Assembly: GCF_008831285.2 (NCBI RefSeq)
Contig: NC_045138.2
Location: forward strand, 372,001-436,000
Origin: Nymphaea colorata
Lineage: Eukaryota
Reading direction: 5' to 3'
DNA: 64,000 nt
Made by a program: the position numbers and the translations under genes. Below the pieces are notes generated by a model that saw only the letters and a program-made list of their open reading frames with translations, was not told the origin of the DNA and did not search any database. Below, in pieces: positions 1-12,770 of the stretch (positions are counted from its first letter, which is position 1; every line of letters begins with the position of its first letter).

Positions 1-1997
1 AATCATGCAATGGGCATTTCGCCGGACAGAAAGAGCAAAGGATTAAACCATGTATTTTCCCCCACTCCTCTTTTCTCTCTCTAATGAAACCAAGCCTATC
101 TTCATCTCTCTTTTGATCTTGATCACTCTGTCTCTCCTTCTCTGTTAGCTCACATGGAGAAGGACGGATGTCGCCGGAATCCGGCCAAAAACACAACAAG
201 AAAAGCCATGAACAGATTTTTTGCACGGCAGCCTTTCTTCAACCTAAAAAATCAGACATGTTAACTTTAAAATCAAGATTTCTTACAGTTATTTAATTGC
301 TAGAGGTGCCTAAAATGGGAACCAAGTGTTTGACAGGAGAAGAATCACATCTAGGCGTGGATTTGATGGACCAACTTGACAGGGACATGGCCTTTATCTC
401 TGCAGGTAACTTGTTAGAATGCAGACATATAATTAAGGCATCAGCATGCCCTTGTGGTGCTTATCTCACCATGTGAAACATGGCCCCTATTACTTCAGCC
501 ATATCCCAATCTTGACTGACCCACCTTGGCGCTCACATTCACAAGAACCTGGTTATATGAGGTTATATGCGTTATGCTAGTGCACAAATTTTCTTACATC
601 AGTATGATTAATGACTAAAATGCTCTGAGTTCACACTGAAAAAGAAAACTTTTTGTAAATACAAAATTGAAAATGGAAAAAAGTAAAAAGAGCATGAATG
701 ACATTTTTTTAATAAATTACCAAAATATGTTCTCATCCTTTACTATGCACGGTGCACCCGAGCGCACGTAATTTCCTTTCCGCACAATGAGCCAAACTTG
801 AACATGCTTGAAAAAACACAACCTGAGAACTTGCAATTTTATCTGAGTTGAATTTAAGTTGTAAGAACTTGACTCATTTGAACTCAGCTCGGTTTGACTA
901 GAGAAAACCGCTTCAGCATAGTGAAATTAGTTAAGTGAGTGAACAAGTTAAACAAGAAGTGTCACAGGTCATGTGAATACATACAAGAGCCAGCCTGATC
1001 TGAACACCATGTATGCCAACGAGCTAACTGTTTCTGACCATGACCAGCTCACAGCAAACTGAACCAAGTCAATTGCTTAGCTGCTCGATACCAGTCTGTT
1101 TCCGGCCACGGCATACGTTTCTCTAGTGGGAGCCAGAAAAATTGGCTGGAAATGCCCATTTAAAAATAAACAAATTTTAAAGAGACTAGTGTGGGCAACT
1201 GCCCACAACAATCATCATATGGCTCCGCCACTGGCATTATCCAAAATATTCTCACAAAAAGAAAAAATTATGCATTGACTAGAGTGCTTTGAAAAGGAAA
1301 TCTGCTACAATACTTGCTGAGTCTACTTGTTGTTCAACCAACCATCTTCTCCTCTTCATTTTCAACAGTACTGCATTGATGTGGGCAGCATGGCATTATG
1401 GAAGCTTGAGAACTTGAAACTCTTCATTGGTCAACACATAAACTTTTCAAACTTAATTAATCACTTTTGGGTCTCATAGAAATTAAGACCAGCAATCCAC
1501 CAACCAAATGGTGTTCATTCATGATAAAAGGACAGATCTAGTGGTTATCATATATTCCGTTCAATGGGAACGGCTGGACGTGCACCGCATGAACCGGCCG
1601 TCCGGTCTAAAGCTGACAGTACAATAAAAAATGACAAAAGCCTTCTTACCAATTCTTATCATTTGCAATTCTCAATTACAAGACCTCTATAGAGATATGT
1701 ACATATACAAAAGTTTGAATCCGCCATATATATATATATATATAAAGTGAGCCAGCACCAGTACACTATAATAAGATTTTTGTTTGGTGATGTGGGCAAT
1801 TGCCCACACCAGCCTACAGGTAGCTCCGCCACTGGTTGTAGTGTAGGTAGTCGGGCTAGCGGTTGGTAAGAGTTGGATCATCAATTTTATTCTTATGGTT
1901 GTTATGTATCTAAACAGCAAACAATGACAATACAATCCTCTAATTGATAGGTATACTATGGGTTTACACAAACTTTAAAGCGGCCTTAAACCATATA

Positions 1998-2182
1998 AAG
2001 TGGCGGAGCAGAAAAATTTTATTAAATGGATACTAACTTTAGAAGGTTTGGTGCTTATGGGGCATTGACGTGAGTCTAGAGTGGACATTACATCCAACTA
2101 CCTCGTAGTAAACTTTTTCAAGAACTTGTGTTGGTTGGCGTTGGCAATTACTTACACCAGCCTGCACCCAGCTCCGCTACTG
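1998..2182. mobile_element. hAT-type MITE with (C)AGTGGCGGAGC termini
   Basis: Termini AGTGGCGGAGC ... GCTCCGCTACTG, with 8-bp TSD ACCATATA/ACCATATT. Related copies or ends lie at about 1124..1233, 1770..1834 and 61440..61488. Confidence 0.7.
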
Positions 2183-2205
2183 ACCATATTGACAAGGGAA
2201 AGGGG

Positions 2206-3082
2206 AAATGAGTTGTAGCATTTCTAGTAAAAAAATTATTACTTCATGACTAGGATCTTAATGGGTGGATAAGATCCCATTTCAATCCAAGACCACATCC
2301 ATTTAGTAGGATCCGGTAAGAGAAACTGATTTGGATCCCAATCCGATTCATTAATTATCGAGTTCCAATAACCCGAATCTAAGGCTATTGGCGGGTCTCA
2401 ACAACGGATCTGAGATCTGCAGCTTTTCATGGATTTAAGATCAGACACCACCCAACCCCACCCTGCAATCCGACCTTAAATCCATGGTTTTTTAACACAT
2501 AGCATGAATTTTAAAAAGTGATCAAGGTTGTGTTTCTTTCAACAGGATCTGAGATCCTCAATGCTCCATGGATTTAAGATCAGAACTTAATCCATAATTT
2601 TTTAACATGCAGCATGAATTTTGAAAGCCAAGCTAATGAACTGAAGATCTCTGAAGACGTACTTTTTTATATAGCCTTAGGTTTAAGATCTGAGACTAAA
2701 CGCAACCCACATGAAATAGGCCACTGAATGTGTCATGAAAAGGGAAGTAGGTGGTTCGGATTTGGATTTAATCTACTGATCACAATTTTCGAATTAATCA
2801 GATATTTCTTAATTGAATTCGTGCTTGGGCTCAGAACTGGAGTTGAATTTTTGAAGCCGAACCCGAATCTGTCAATGATAAGACAATAGATTCAGATCCG
2901 CTCTTGATCACATCGGTCATTGGAACTCTTTAATTAATGAATCGGATTAGGATCCAAATCAGTTTCTCTTACCGGATCCTACAAAATGGATGTGGTTTTG
3001 GATTGAAATAGGATCTTTTCCACCCATTAAGATCCTAGTCATGAAGTAATAATTTTTTTACTAGAAATGCTACAACTCATTT
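2206..3082. repeat. 152-bp inverted repeat (arms 2206..2357 and 2931..3082) around a MITE-fragment spacer
   Basis: The arms are reverse complements with 5 mismatches by my count. No TSD was found. Confidence 0.9.
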
Positions 3083-3091
3083 ACGAAAAAG

Positions 3092-4386
3092 GTCCTGCGC
3101 CTTCATATCGTGCAGAACCAACAAAAGTGACCCCTAAACTACACTAACATGACCTCTCTCTTTCTCTCTCTAACTTCTATAAGTAAGAGGAAGGTACAGA
3201 GAGAGATGAAGAATTGAGGAGTCGATTGAGGTCGTCAAGGATGGACGAGGCAACTTCAGTCACTACCGGCACCGGCACCACCGCCACTACCAACTTAGAG
3301 GAGGCAAAGGCACGTCGCCGCGGCCACTGGAGGCCAGGAGAGGACGAAAAGCTCAGACAGCTCGTGGAGCAATACGGCCCTCAGAATTGGAATTCCATCG
3401 CAGAGAAACTCCAAGGTCGCTCAGGTACATGCTGTTGAACTTCTCTCTCTCTCTCTCTTGCAAAAGTTCTTGCAGAAGTTGGTATTCTTCATCTTCTTTT
3501 CTTCTTCCTTTATGAACTTCAATAACAAGTGTTGAAATCAGCAACATGATCAAGCACAGGATACCAATATTGAATTTTTCTCTTTTCTGGGGTTTGTTGT
3601 TGCTTGTAGATAAAAGCTGCAGGTTCAGGTGGTTTAATCATTTAGACCATAGGCTTAACAGGAGGCCCTTTTCAGAGGAGGAGGAAGACAATGCCCGCCT
3701 CTTTGGGAAGAGGAGGTATCACAACTTCATCCGCAGCAGCACTGGGGACATCACCATGAGCAACTTCCTAACCAAGCCTTCCACAGACGAAGAGGCTGCT
3801 GATCTGAGCAGCAATGGAGTGACAACCATGAATGAACTGAGTCGCTATGGGGAGAGCTCTGCTGGTCCGCAAAAAGTTCAGGGTTATCAACAGCCACAGT
3901 GAGGAACCAGAGGAGTCCTGCACCATGATTAAGAATGTTGGATTCATAGACTTTCTTGGTGTTGGGACTTAATTTTGCTTCTTTCCAAGAGTTGTAGTTC
4001 TTCTCTTTTTTGAAGCAATGCCAAGTCTTTCTCTATCTCTTGAGCTTTTTTAATCTTTTTTTTAGTCCCTTTTCCCAGCTTTTCTGTTCATAGTTCAATG
4101 GACAGCCTCTTTGTAGTTCTTGAACTGCTAGTGCTAAACAATTTTACTAATGATAATATAATTATTCCTGCATATTTCACTTTTTTTGCATATTTGCATG
4201 CATGGATTGTTATGTGATCGGGAGCAGAGAACCCTGAGAAAACCAAAATCCTGAATGAAAAATCATGGGATTTCTCCATGTAGGTAAATTTCGTAGACAA
4301 AAGGAAAGAAGTTGGAGACTGCTGTGGTCTGTCAACCATACATGCAAGTATTTAAGATTCTTTATTTGTTTCCGGTCCACAGGTTT
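3092..4386 (+). repeat. Inverted segmental duplication of the MYB locus (partner 14444..12171), including proximal promoter, 5'UTR and 3' flank
   Basis: GTCCTGC.CCTTCATATCGTGCAGAACCAACAAAAGTGACCCCT matches the reverse complement of 14401..14444. Homology continues to GGTCCACAGG near 4385, matching 12172..12181. Confidence 0.92.
3241..3972 (+). pseudogene. Internally deleted inverted duplicate of the MYB gene (R2 kept, R3 lost); pseudogene or truncated single-repeat MYB; exons 3241..3424 and 3610..3902
   Basis: Colinear with the reverse complement of 14294..12771. Splice sites are retained (intron 3425..3609). A 117-nt deletion removes HRVHGNKW...RERC and a net 279-nt deletion removes the central region. 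An extra A at 3871..3875 gives TGA at 3900..3902, while FIDFLGVGT* survives in the shifted frame to 3972. Confidence 0.9.
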
Positions 4387-5222
4387 ACAAATACGTGTTT
4401 GTTTGACGTGGTTTCCAATCTAAAAATAGCAACACAATGACTAACACAATAAGAAAAAAATTGAAAACCCAACATCAATAAATTTCAATTTTCTTGGCCC
4501 ACATTAACAATTGCAATTTAACATCGAAACTCAATTTCCATGAGAATTTTTTAAGATTGAAACATGATCTTAGTTTAGCAAGAGAAAGTGAAATCCACAG
4601 TTGTTCTTTACCTTAAATAAAGAGCAAATTAAAAAAATAGTCGGTTGTGGCCATCTAAACTAATATTACATTTTGACACTTTAACAATCGGCTGTACGTG
4701 TGTATTTTTCATCGCAACAAACACGTAAAGAACAATTGTTAATGTGGGCCAAGAAAGTAGAGGAGATTTAAAATCCATGCTTCTCAAATCTGTAGTTTTG
4801 CTAGAATTGTGCATCCCAAACTAGATGAGATCCTCAAATAGCGAGCGATCCAGGTGATCAAACAACCAAAGAACCTTTTCATTCACCGATCTCCAACTAG
4901 AATAGGCCATGGTAAATTTGCACCTCCAACAGTTGGCAAGTCCACAACACAATGACCAACCACAAAGAAACTATAAGATTAGTTTTCTCGTCACTTAAAG
5001 ACCCTAATTACATTCTCTATGAATAACAAAATTACAATATCAAAGGTCAATATCAGTTCAATTCCGTTGGGCACTATGCTTTTGGGTCTTACGGGGTAGA
5101 GTGCGGTGACACCTTCACTATATCATAAAATATTATTGAGGCAACTTGGAGAACTGGGTCTATTCTCTTCATTGGATGTTTCAACAATGAAGATTCAATA
5201 GTGACATCAGTATAATTATTTA

Positions 5223-5462
5223 AGGTCGGGTAGATATTTATATATTTAAAAGAATTTAATTGCTATTCGTTGTCACAACTGGACTATTAGTTTATTTAGG
5301 TTTTTATAAGCATTCCATATGGGAGACTTGTTGGGATTGTCCTAACAATTGGTAGTCAAAGACATATAGGTCGCATAGATATTTACATATTTAAAAAAAT
5401 TTAATTGATGTTCTTTGTCACAACTGGACTGTTAGTTTATTTAGATTTTTATAAGCATTCCA
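5223..5462 (+). repeat. Diverged direct duplication of about 95 bp (5223..5317 and 5368..5462)
   Basis: AGGTCG..TAGATATTTA.ATATTTAAAA...TGTCACAACTGGACT...TTTTTATAAGCATTCCA occurs twice. Confidence 0.8.
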
Positions 5463-6140
5463 AGAACATCAAGGCCCTAGGGCGTTCTAGCGGGACTCCT
5501 TATTTTAAAAAAAATTAAACAAATTTATTTTGTAATATAAATTGAAAGGTATACAAAATACAAACGCGCCCCTTCTTAAAAATTTGGATTCAACTTCTCA
5601 AGTTCAGTTTGTGTGTAGGAATATTACTGCATCAGGTCTTATTGCACACTGATGATCAGCATAAAGTGACCGAAATGTCATTAAGAAATGCTACGTAATC
5701 CCACTTCGCCTAGGCCGTGTCACCCATCTATTTGGATCCCATACATGGATTCAACTAAGCACACGCTGTGGATCCAGGTCCAAAAATATCCACTTGTTTG
5801 CACCCCATTGCCATTATGAAGCGCCGGTCTTGTGGATAACAATTGGAGAGGAGATCCACCATTCAGACTCAAAGAAGTCTCATTTCTCATGATTTGGGTT
5901 TTCTTTACGCCCATTTTTTTCTTGTGTACTCGACCCGATTAGATCGAACCGCTAGAGGCTAGTTATTGGTCAACTTCGAGGGCATGTTACTTGTGTGCTC
6001 GACCACAGCAGGGTATCTCCTCTCCAAGCTACTAGTCGAAAAAAAGACAACGGTTAATTTTAAGTGGGCATTTGATAATTTCAGACATGAGATCCGTGAG
6101 ATTATTGGCAATCTCAAATCCGTAGTTTTAAGGTCGGACC

Positions 6141-6371
6141 CAGTAACATCCAACATCAAACAGATCCTTGTGATACTAACAAAATTTGATGTTTGTTTAT
6201 ATTTTGGATCCCACATACAGTAACATCCAACATCAAACAGATCCTTGTGATACTAACAAAATTTGATGTTTGTTTATATTTTGGATCCCACATACAGTAA
6301 CATCCAACATCAAACAGATCCTTGTGATACTAACAAAATTTGATGTTTGTTTATATTTTGGATCCCACATA
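6141..6371 (+). repeat. Perfect tandem triplication of a 77-bp unit
   Basis: CAGTAACATCCAACATCAAACAGATCCTTGTG...GGATCCCACATA starts at 6141, 6218 and 6295. Confidence 0.95.
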
Positions 6372-6959
6372 AAAAAAAATCTTAAAAAAAGATAGAATCT
6401 GAGATCTTAGGCCATCAAACACTCCCGATCTTATAAATAAAATTTTCTATCCGTTTATTCTTTGTACCCTTGTTTAACATATTTAAAGAATAGAAAAACA
6501 ACAACACAAGAAAATTGAGATGGAGGACTCTAATCTCTAGCATCTTTTGGGAGAAAGTTAGAAAGCACCGTATAAGCATTCATCAATTCAAATACCAACA
6601 CGAGCGAAAAAATAGCATACAAAATATACGACTTATTTGTAGCCGAGTGGCACGAATATCATATAATGAATTAAATTACTCGACTTGGAGAATAAAACAA
6701 ATCATGTGAGAGCCTAAGTCCCTTTGGTTCTCTACTTCCCAACTTCTTAGGATGCAAATATTCTCGCCAAACCACCCAATGCCACAGATCCAGTGGATCC
6801 AAAATTAAACATCATTCCCTACTCTTCATTTCGACTCGTCAAACTGATCCTTCCATTCTTGTAACCATCGGACGCACCCCATTCCAGTCGTTGTCATTGA
6901 CAGGATCTTGATTCCCTCAATTAGAGAAGAGAAAACAAGACCTTTTCTGCCTTGGATCA

Positions 6960-7115
6960 GTAATTTATTATTATTATATATATATATAAATTAATAAAAA
7001 AAATTTAAAAAATCATCATCGAGCCCGAACCGGACTTATCGGGCCGGCCCGGGTTTCATTTTTCTGGGTCCGAGTCGGGCCCCGGGTACCCAGGCCGCCC
7101 CCGTGCCCAGACCTA
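6960..7115. mobile_element. Right half of a MITE of the TAGGCCTGGGCA family
   Basis: AT-rich core, then GC-rich CCCG/CGGG motifs ending GTGCCCAGACCTA; similar to 49794..50099. Confidence 0.55.
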
Positions 7116-10100
7116 CCTCAAAGCAAGAAACAAATGAGTTTCCTTGAATGAGATCCTTTGCCTTATCTGAGCACTATTTCACTCTCGTGAAAATACAATT
7201 AGAGTTTCATTTTCTTCAACTTAACCTCTACCATCTGATCTTTTTAAAAACAATAGATTAAACAATAGCCCAAACAATACCCAAACTTGGACTACAAACT
7301 AAGATTCTGACGCAACAGAACATGAAAATCAGAGAGGCTTAGGCACCTTTAAGGAATTCAAAGTGCAGAGATGTGATATCTGGAGCTTAAAATGGAATTC
7401 ACTGTTGGAATGGGTTGATTTGAAGATGTCAGTAGGAAGTTATATATAGTGCTCAGAATTTCACCATGTTAAAATTTTCAAGTTTCATAGTTACTGAATC
7501 TTAACATCTAAACAGACCGATCTAAATGTGGATTTGTGTGTTTTTTTTTCAATCATGGAGATTGTGTACCAATATGGTTAAAATTTTAAAGCAAACTTAA
7601 AAAAGGATGTCTTTTACTTTGCATCTGATCCTCATCTTCTGCACACCTGACCCACGATATGCAGGTTTTTTTTACTGTTTGAAAAGTGAGGCATTCTTGT
7701 ATATATATAAGTGTATATCTACTTGGGAACTGGGGAAAACCTGAAAAAATAAATAAAAAATACCTGAAAATATAGATCTTCTTAAAGTAATTGTGCCGTA
7801 ATAAATCGGAAATTGAATTGATGAACCAACCAGCATGTTGATTCAGTGAATCGGCTAATTCGAACTATGAATCAACCAAAAAATGTTATTATATTCATTT
7901 CACAAAGTCAATTAACAAATATATAGAATTTAAAAGTAAGACAAAGTCTTAACTTTAAGCATAATTTAAGAAATGGACAGTATGACATGTAACACTCATA
8001 TGTAATTTGCTCACTAATGAATCGATTTGCGACAAATTTGATTAATTGAATTAAATGTGCTGCAAGGTTGATTCTGGCCAAGTTTTACAAAACTGAACAT
8101 GGGAAGGTTGCAAATGGGTTGAACCTGGAAGGTTGCCATAAGATCCTTAGCTTCATAAACCATAGATGTTCGGGTGGATTTTTAGCCGCATCAGGAACGC
8201 TATACATATAGCATATACACATGCATAAACTATACATCTTTGACAGTCAAATAACACTTAGAGTGTAATAATTTCATCAATTCTGAGTTTGGATCCTTGG
8301 ATCTGATGTGGCAAAAGATCTGCACTAAAATCCCTAATCCGTCAAACTAAAGGTCTTGGTTCAGATCTATGGTCAGCTATTAGAATCCTCATTTTACAAT
8401 ATGTTGGATTGGAAAACTGTTTAAACTAATACCAGAAGGGCCGGGTCAGAGGGTCTGATCTTAGATCCATCCATGGATATCAAATCTTAAGGATCTTAAA
8501 TTAAGATAAATCAAAGCTAATCAAAGGCCAATGCTATCCTTGTCGTGAGATCCTCAGAGCGTGCAAGGGCACTTCTTTTCATCCCCTCAGAATTGGATGT
8601 AAACACAATTATATCTTTCTTGCGGACAAAATATTTTTGAGAGAAGTTAATTAGTATCACGTGAAGTATATTGAAGTCAGCCGGTTACCTGATCTGTGGC
8701 CAGATGGTTATTCTTTATATTGTGTAGCAAAAAGCTATCACAAAAGGTATATTCCATTGCCGAAAACTGTGACCAAGCAACTGGCTGACTATCACAAATA
8801 CATATTTTGCAATGGTTTTTAGTGACACAAAGCAAAAATATAACCATTCAATTTCTGTGTGTGTTCGTGCATGTATCTCTCTCTCTCTCTCTGTCTCTCA
8901 ATATATATATATATATAAGTTACCACATTTGGTGATCACGTTGGTGAAGAGGTAAAATTCAATTTATTTCCCTTGCTTGGTTAGAATTAAATGCATCAAA
9001 TCTTTAATATGCATATGCATTTATATTGCTCTGCGCAAATTCTATGTACAAATTGCCTTGCAACAATCTTGTGGGACTACAAATGGGTCAGTTTAGGGTT
9101 TTTTCTTTTTGTGCCGTACCAAATTAAATTCCACTTTCCCCCATCCTAAATTCGATACAATTGCATCTTTACAACTTCGCAAAGAAGGCCAAAATATTGC
9201 CGCACTTCATTGAATATTCTCAACTAGATTGAGACATGTTGCAGATATCAGATTATGACCAATAACATGACGCACTAATAGCATGCATGCAAGGCCAGCA
9301 ACATAGTTGTTATGCACACAAGTTTGATAAAAGGTAAGTTGGTCTCGGTGGGATTTTATTGAGCTTCCTTAGGTTAGTCTCCAAATAACCAAAAGAAGGT
9401 AATAACCATAAAAGCATCAGATTCTTCGCATTTAATTCAATGCTGCAAGTTAAAGCACTCATTTCTAGTTTAAAAGCGAAGGTTCGGGTGGGTTACTGCG
9501 TATATGGTCTCTCGAAGAAAGAAGACAACTTTAATTAATATTACATAGAGACTAATCCCTGTTATATTAATGATTTTTTTAATCTACCAAGTCAAATAAA
9601 CATTCTCATCCTAAATGCTTGATCATCAAGCATTTCTGGTGCGTTGTGGATTCAAGTAAACTTCTGCAGAGTCATAAATAACAGTTGCAACTGCTCGGAC
9701 TTGTAATGCAGGGTGGTGTGGCCAGCGGATCTTCTTGTACAAGCTTTACATGATCCTATGATGTTTCTCTTGGCTTTTTTTGGATATTTATTTTTTATTT
9801 GGAATATATATGGTCTGATGTAGAATTATCTCCCTATATACTCCATTGAGGATTTTTGTTTATTTAGAAACATTTTTTTTCCTTAGATGGATCATAATCA
9901 ATTTAAATATATGACTGACATTGTTGTGGAAATGTTTATCAGAACATAGTTCATGAAAATAGAAGACAACTATGGCTCAACTAGAAAAATTCTCACCTTT
10001 AAATACATGAGAGATCCACAATCTATAAGCACTTCTACCAGTCCAGATTGAGAAAATCATGAGTTTATTTTTCTCTTTGAATTTCTATAGTTTTCCCATG

Positions 10101-10505
10101 TATTTGCTAGTTCCTTATATTGCTTAGTCGGTTGATTGTATTTGCATGGCCATATTCAAATTAGTATTAATCTATAAATATTTATTCTGTATTATTGTAG
10201 TAACACAATTCATGATTAACATAATCTAAACTGCCAAAACTTTGAAAAATCCTTTTAGTTATATTCAATTGGCAGTTGCTTATCATTTTCATGTAGTGAA
10301 TTAAGTTTGTGATGCTATTTTGTTTGGACCGCATTAAAATTAAGCAAGTGCTGATGAATAGAACCTTGGGCCTTTTTTTTTTTTTACATTTATCAAATTT
10401 TAAATTTTATGGTGTCTTGGAACATGCAAAATGAGCCACAAATTATGACTGTTGTTAGCATTTCATGCCAAGATCTTTATTGATCACAAAGACCACAAAT
10501 TAATC

Positions 10506-10539
<34 letters not shown>

Positions 10540-12770
10540 TCCGGTTCAGTATATACCATGACACATTTCCTCTTTGTGTATTATAGACAAAATTTCACTT
10601 GGGTACCAACATATTGCAGTCTGCATCACGGAGGTACTCTACTTTTAGCTACTTCTTAATTCCTTAGATAAAGAGTCATAAAAATATTCATATGCATAGA
10701 TTATCAGATCTCTTGATCTAATGCCAGTATGTTCATGTCAAGATGCGTAAATTTTTAATTGGTATACATAATAGTTAAGAGATACTAATCATTCATGTCT
10801 AATATTGACACCAGGCACACGCATAAATACTGCATGAACATGCGCGTGCACACACATAGGAGCAAGGGCAAATAATAACATCAAGATGGTAATCCTGACC
10901 TTACCAATGCAACTGCCCATTGTTTGCCATCTCCACAATCAATGCAAGTAACTGTGATGCCACAAGATATTGGCATTTTATTACATATGCAGCAGATGAC
11001 AACTACCAGTTAACTATAAATGTAGGTGCTGAAAGCAACATCTAGCGAATGTTTCTTGCTCTTTTCAACAGAAAGTGTAGAGACAAATATAGGAAATGCC
11101 ACCAGCTCCCAATGGCATCCTTCAATATCCTGTTCGTCCTCTTCAAATTTTGAATATAAAACAGTCATGTATATCATCTACAAGCACATATAGATGTGCA
11201 TGTGCCTGTACATGCGTGTGTCTGAGTGCAAGCGTGAAGAATAGACTTGCTCAACGCCACTCCACAAAAATCGTGCAATTATACACTTTTTAATTTATGT
11301 TATGCATAAATATTCCCTAAGGCCATTCTGCTGCCTCCAGGTGGCACGCGATTGCTTGTGCAAAAGGGCAGAACTGACTTTTTGATTTACATGTGATGTG
11401 AGGGTGATAAGGGCCTCAACGAAATTCTAAAGAACATAGTTGCATGCTCAATTAGCTCTAGACCTAGCAATCTTCGGTTCTTGGTTCCTCAAACTTCAGC
11501 GTAGCACACATGTACTCTATGCTCCTTTATTCACACATTCTACTTATTGATTATAATTGCACAATTTTGGTGTTCAAGAATCACATAATTGATTGATGGA
11601 TTTCTTATAGTTAGTATCACATATGTGGTAATTTTCATTTTAGGTGTCTTTCGATCGTAAACGATCTACAGGGTTCATAACTACTCTTACTACAAGCTGC
11701 GCTTACCTAGCTAACATTGACAAGATTTAGTTCATCTTGACATTACATCTGTTTGATTGCTGTTAAGTGATTTTCATACAAAACCTCTTAAATGGTAATC
11801 TTCCAATTGTTAATTGTTGGGAGATAGGCTTCTGTCCTTTATTTTCTGAGCACTAAGAATGTACAGAATGAAACGGAGACCCTAGAAAAAGCAAGAAACA
11901 GGAGAAAAAAAGAAAGAAAAAAACACCCAACAACGTGCATGAAACCAGCAATTGGAACATGAAATTGTAATCTTGACATTAACACTATCTCCTCTAAATG
12001 GTAATCATATAATACACTAATCGTATAATGATATATATATATATATATATATAAAAGAGAGTCTCAAAATACACTAATGATACACTTCGCTAGCTTATTA
12101 TGAGATCATCCGGCGGTAATTAAATGTTCGACTTGATTGGAGAAGAAGGCATCAGTTTGGCCGGAAGTTCACCTGTGGACCCGAACCAAATAAAGAATCT
12201 TAAATAAATGCATGTATGGTTGACAGATCACAGTAGTCTCCAACTTCTTTCCCTTTTTCTTCGAAATCTACCTACAAAGAAAAATCCCATGATTTTTCAT
12301 TTCTGATTTTGGTTTTCTCAGGATAATCTATCTCAATAACTTGTAAAGATTAAAACATGGACAAAATCAACCGAAAAAGAAGGAATATAATAGAAGTTTC
12401 TTTTACTGCAGTAATACTACAGCAAAAAAGAACTGTCGCCAAAATAAATTCCGTTTCCAGATACACCATGTTTATAAAACTCTGGTTAAAATCATGATGC
12501 TTCCAACGTGGGTTTTTTGCTCCCGATTACATAACAATCCATGCATGCAAATATGCAAAAAAAAAGTGAAATATGCAGGAATAATTATTACCATTAGTAA
12601 AATTGTTTAGCACTAGCAGTTCAAGAACTACAAAGAGGCTGTCCATTGAATTATGAACAGAAAAGCTGGGAAAAGGGATTAAAAAAAAAGTAAAAAAACT
12701 CAAGAGATAGAGAAAGACTTGGCATTGTTTCAAAAAAGAGAAGAACTACAACTCTTGGAAAGAAGCAAAA

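Noticed and set aside
3214..3240. ORF-track N-terminal extension MRSRLRSSR (also at 14321)
   Set aside because: It begins at TTG, a prokaryotic-style start call; the first in-frame ATG is at 3241 and 14294.
2206..4386. Pack-MULE capture of the MYB fragment
   Set aside because: The MYB copy lies outside, not between, the inverted arms, and no second TIR or 9-bp TSD was found.
10880..11160. Exon-like, less AT-rich stretch (similar ones at about 25000..25250, 25620..25750 and 27300..27440)
   Set aside because: Frames are short or contain stops and I recognise no protein family; BLASTX would be needed.
12618..12631. CAGTTCAAGAA matching part of the miR396 complement near the MYB 3' end
   Set aside because: Only 11 nt, covering the miRNA 3' half, and on the non-transcribed orientation for the intact gene.
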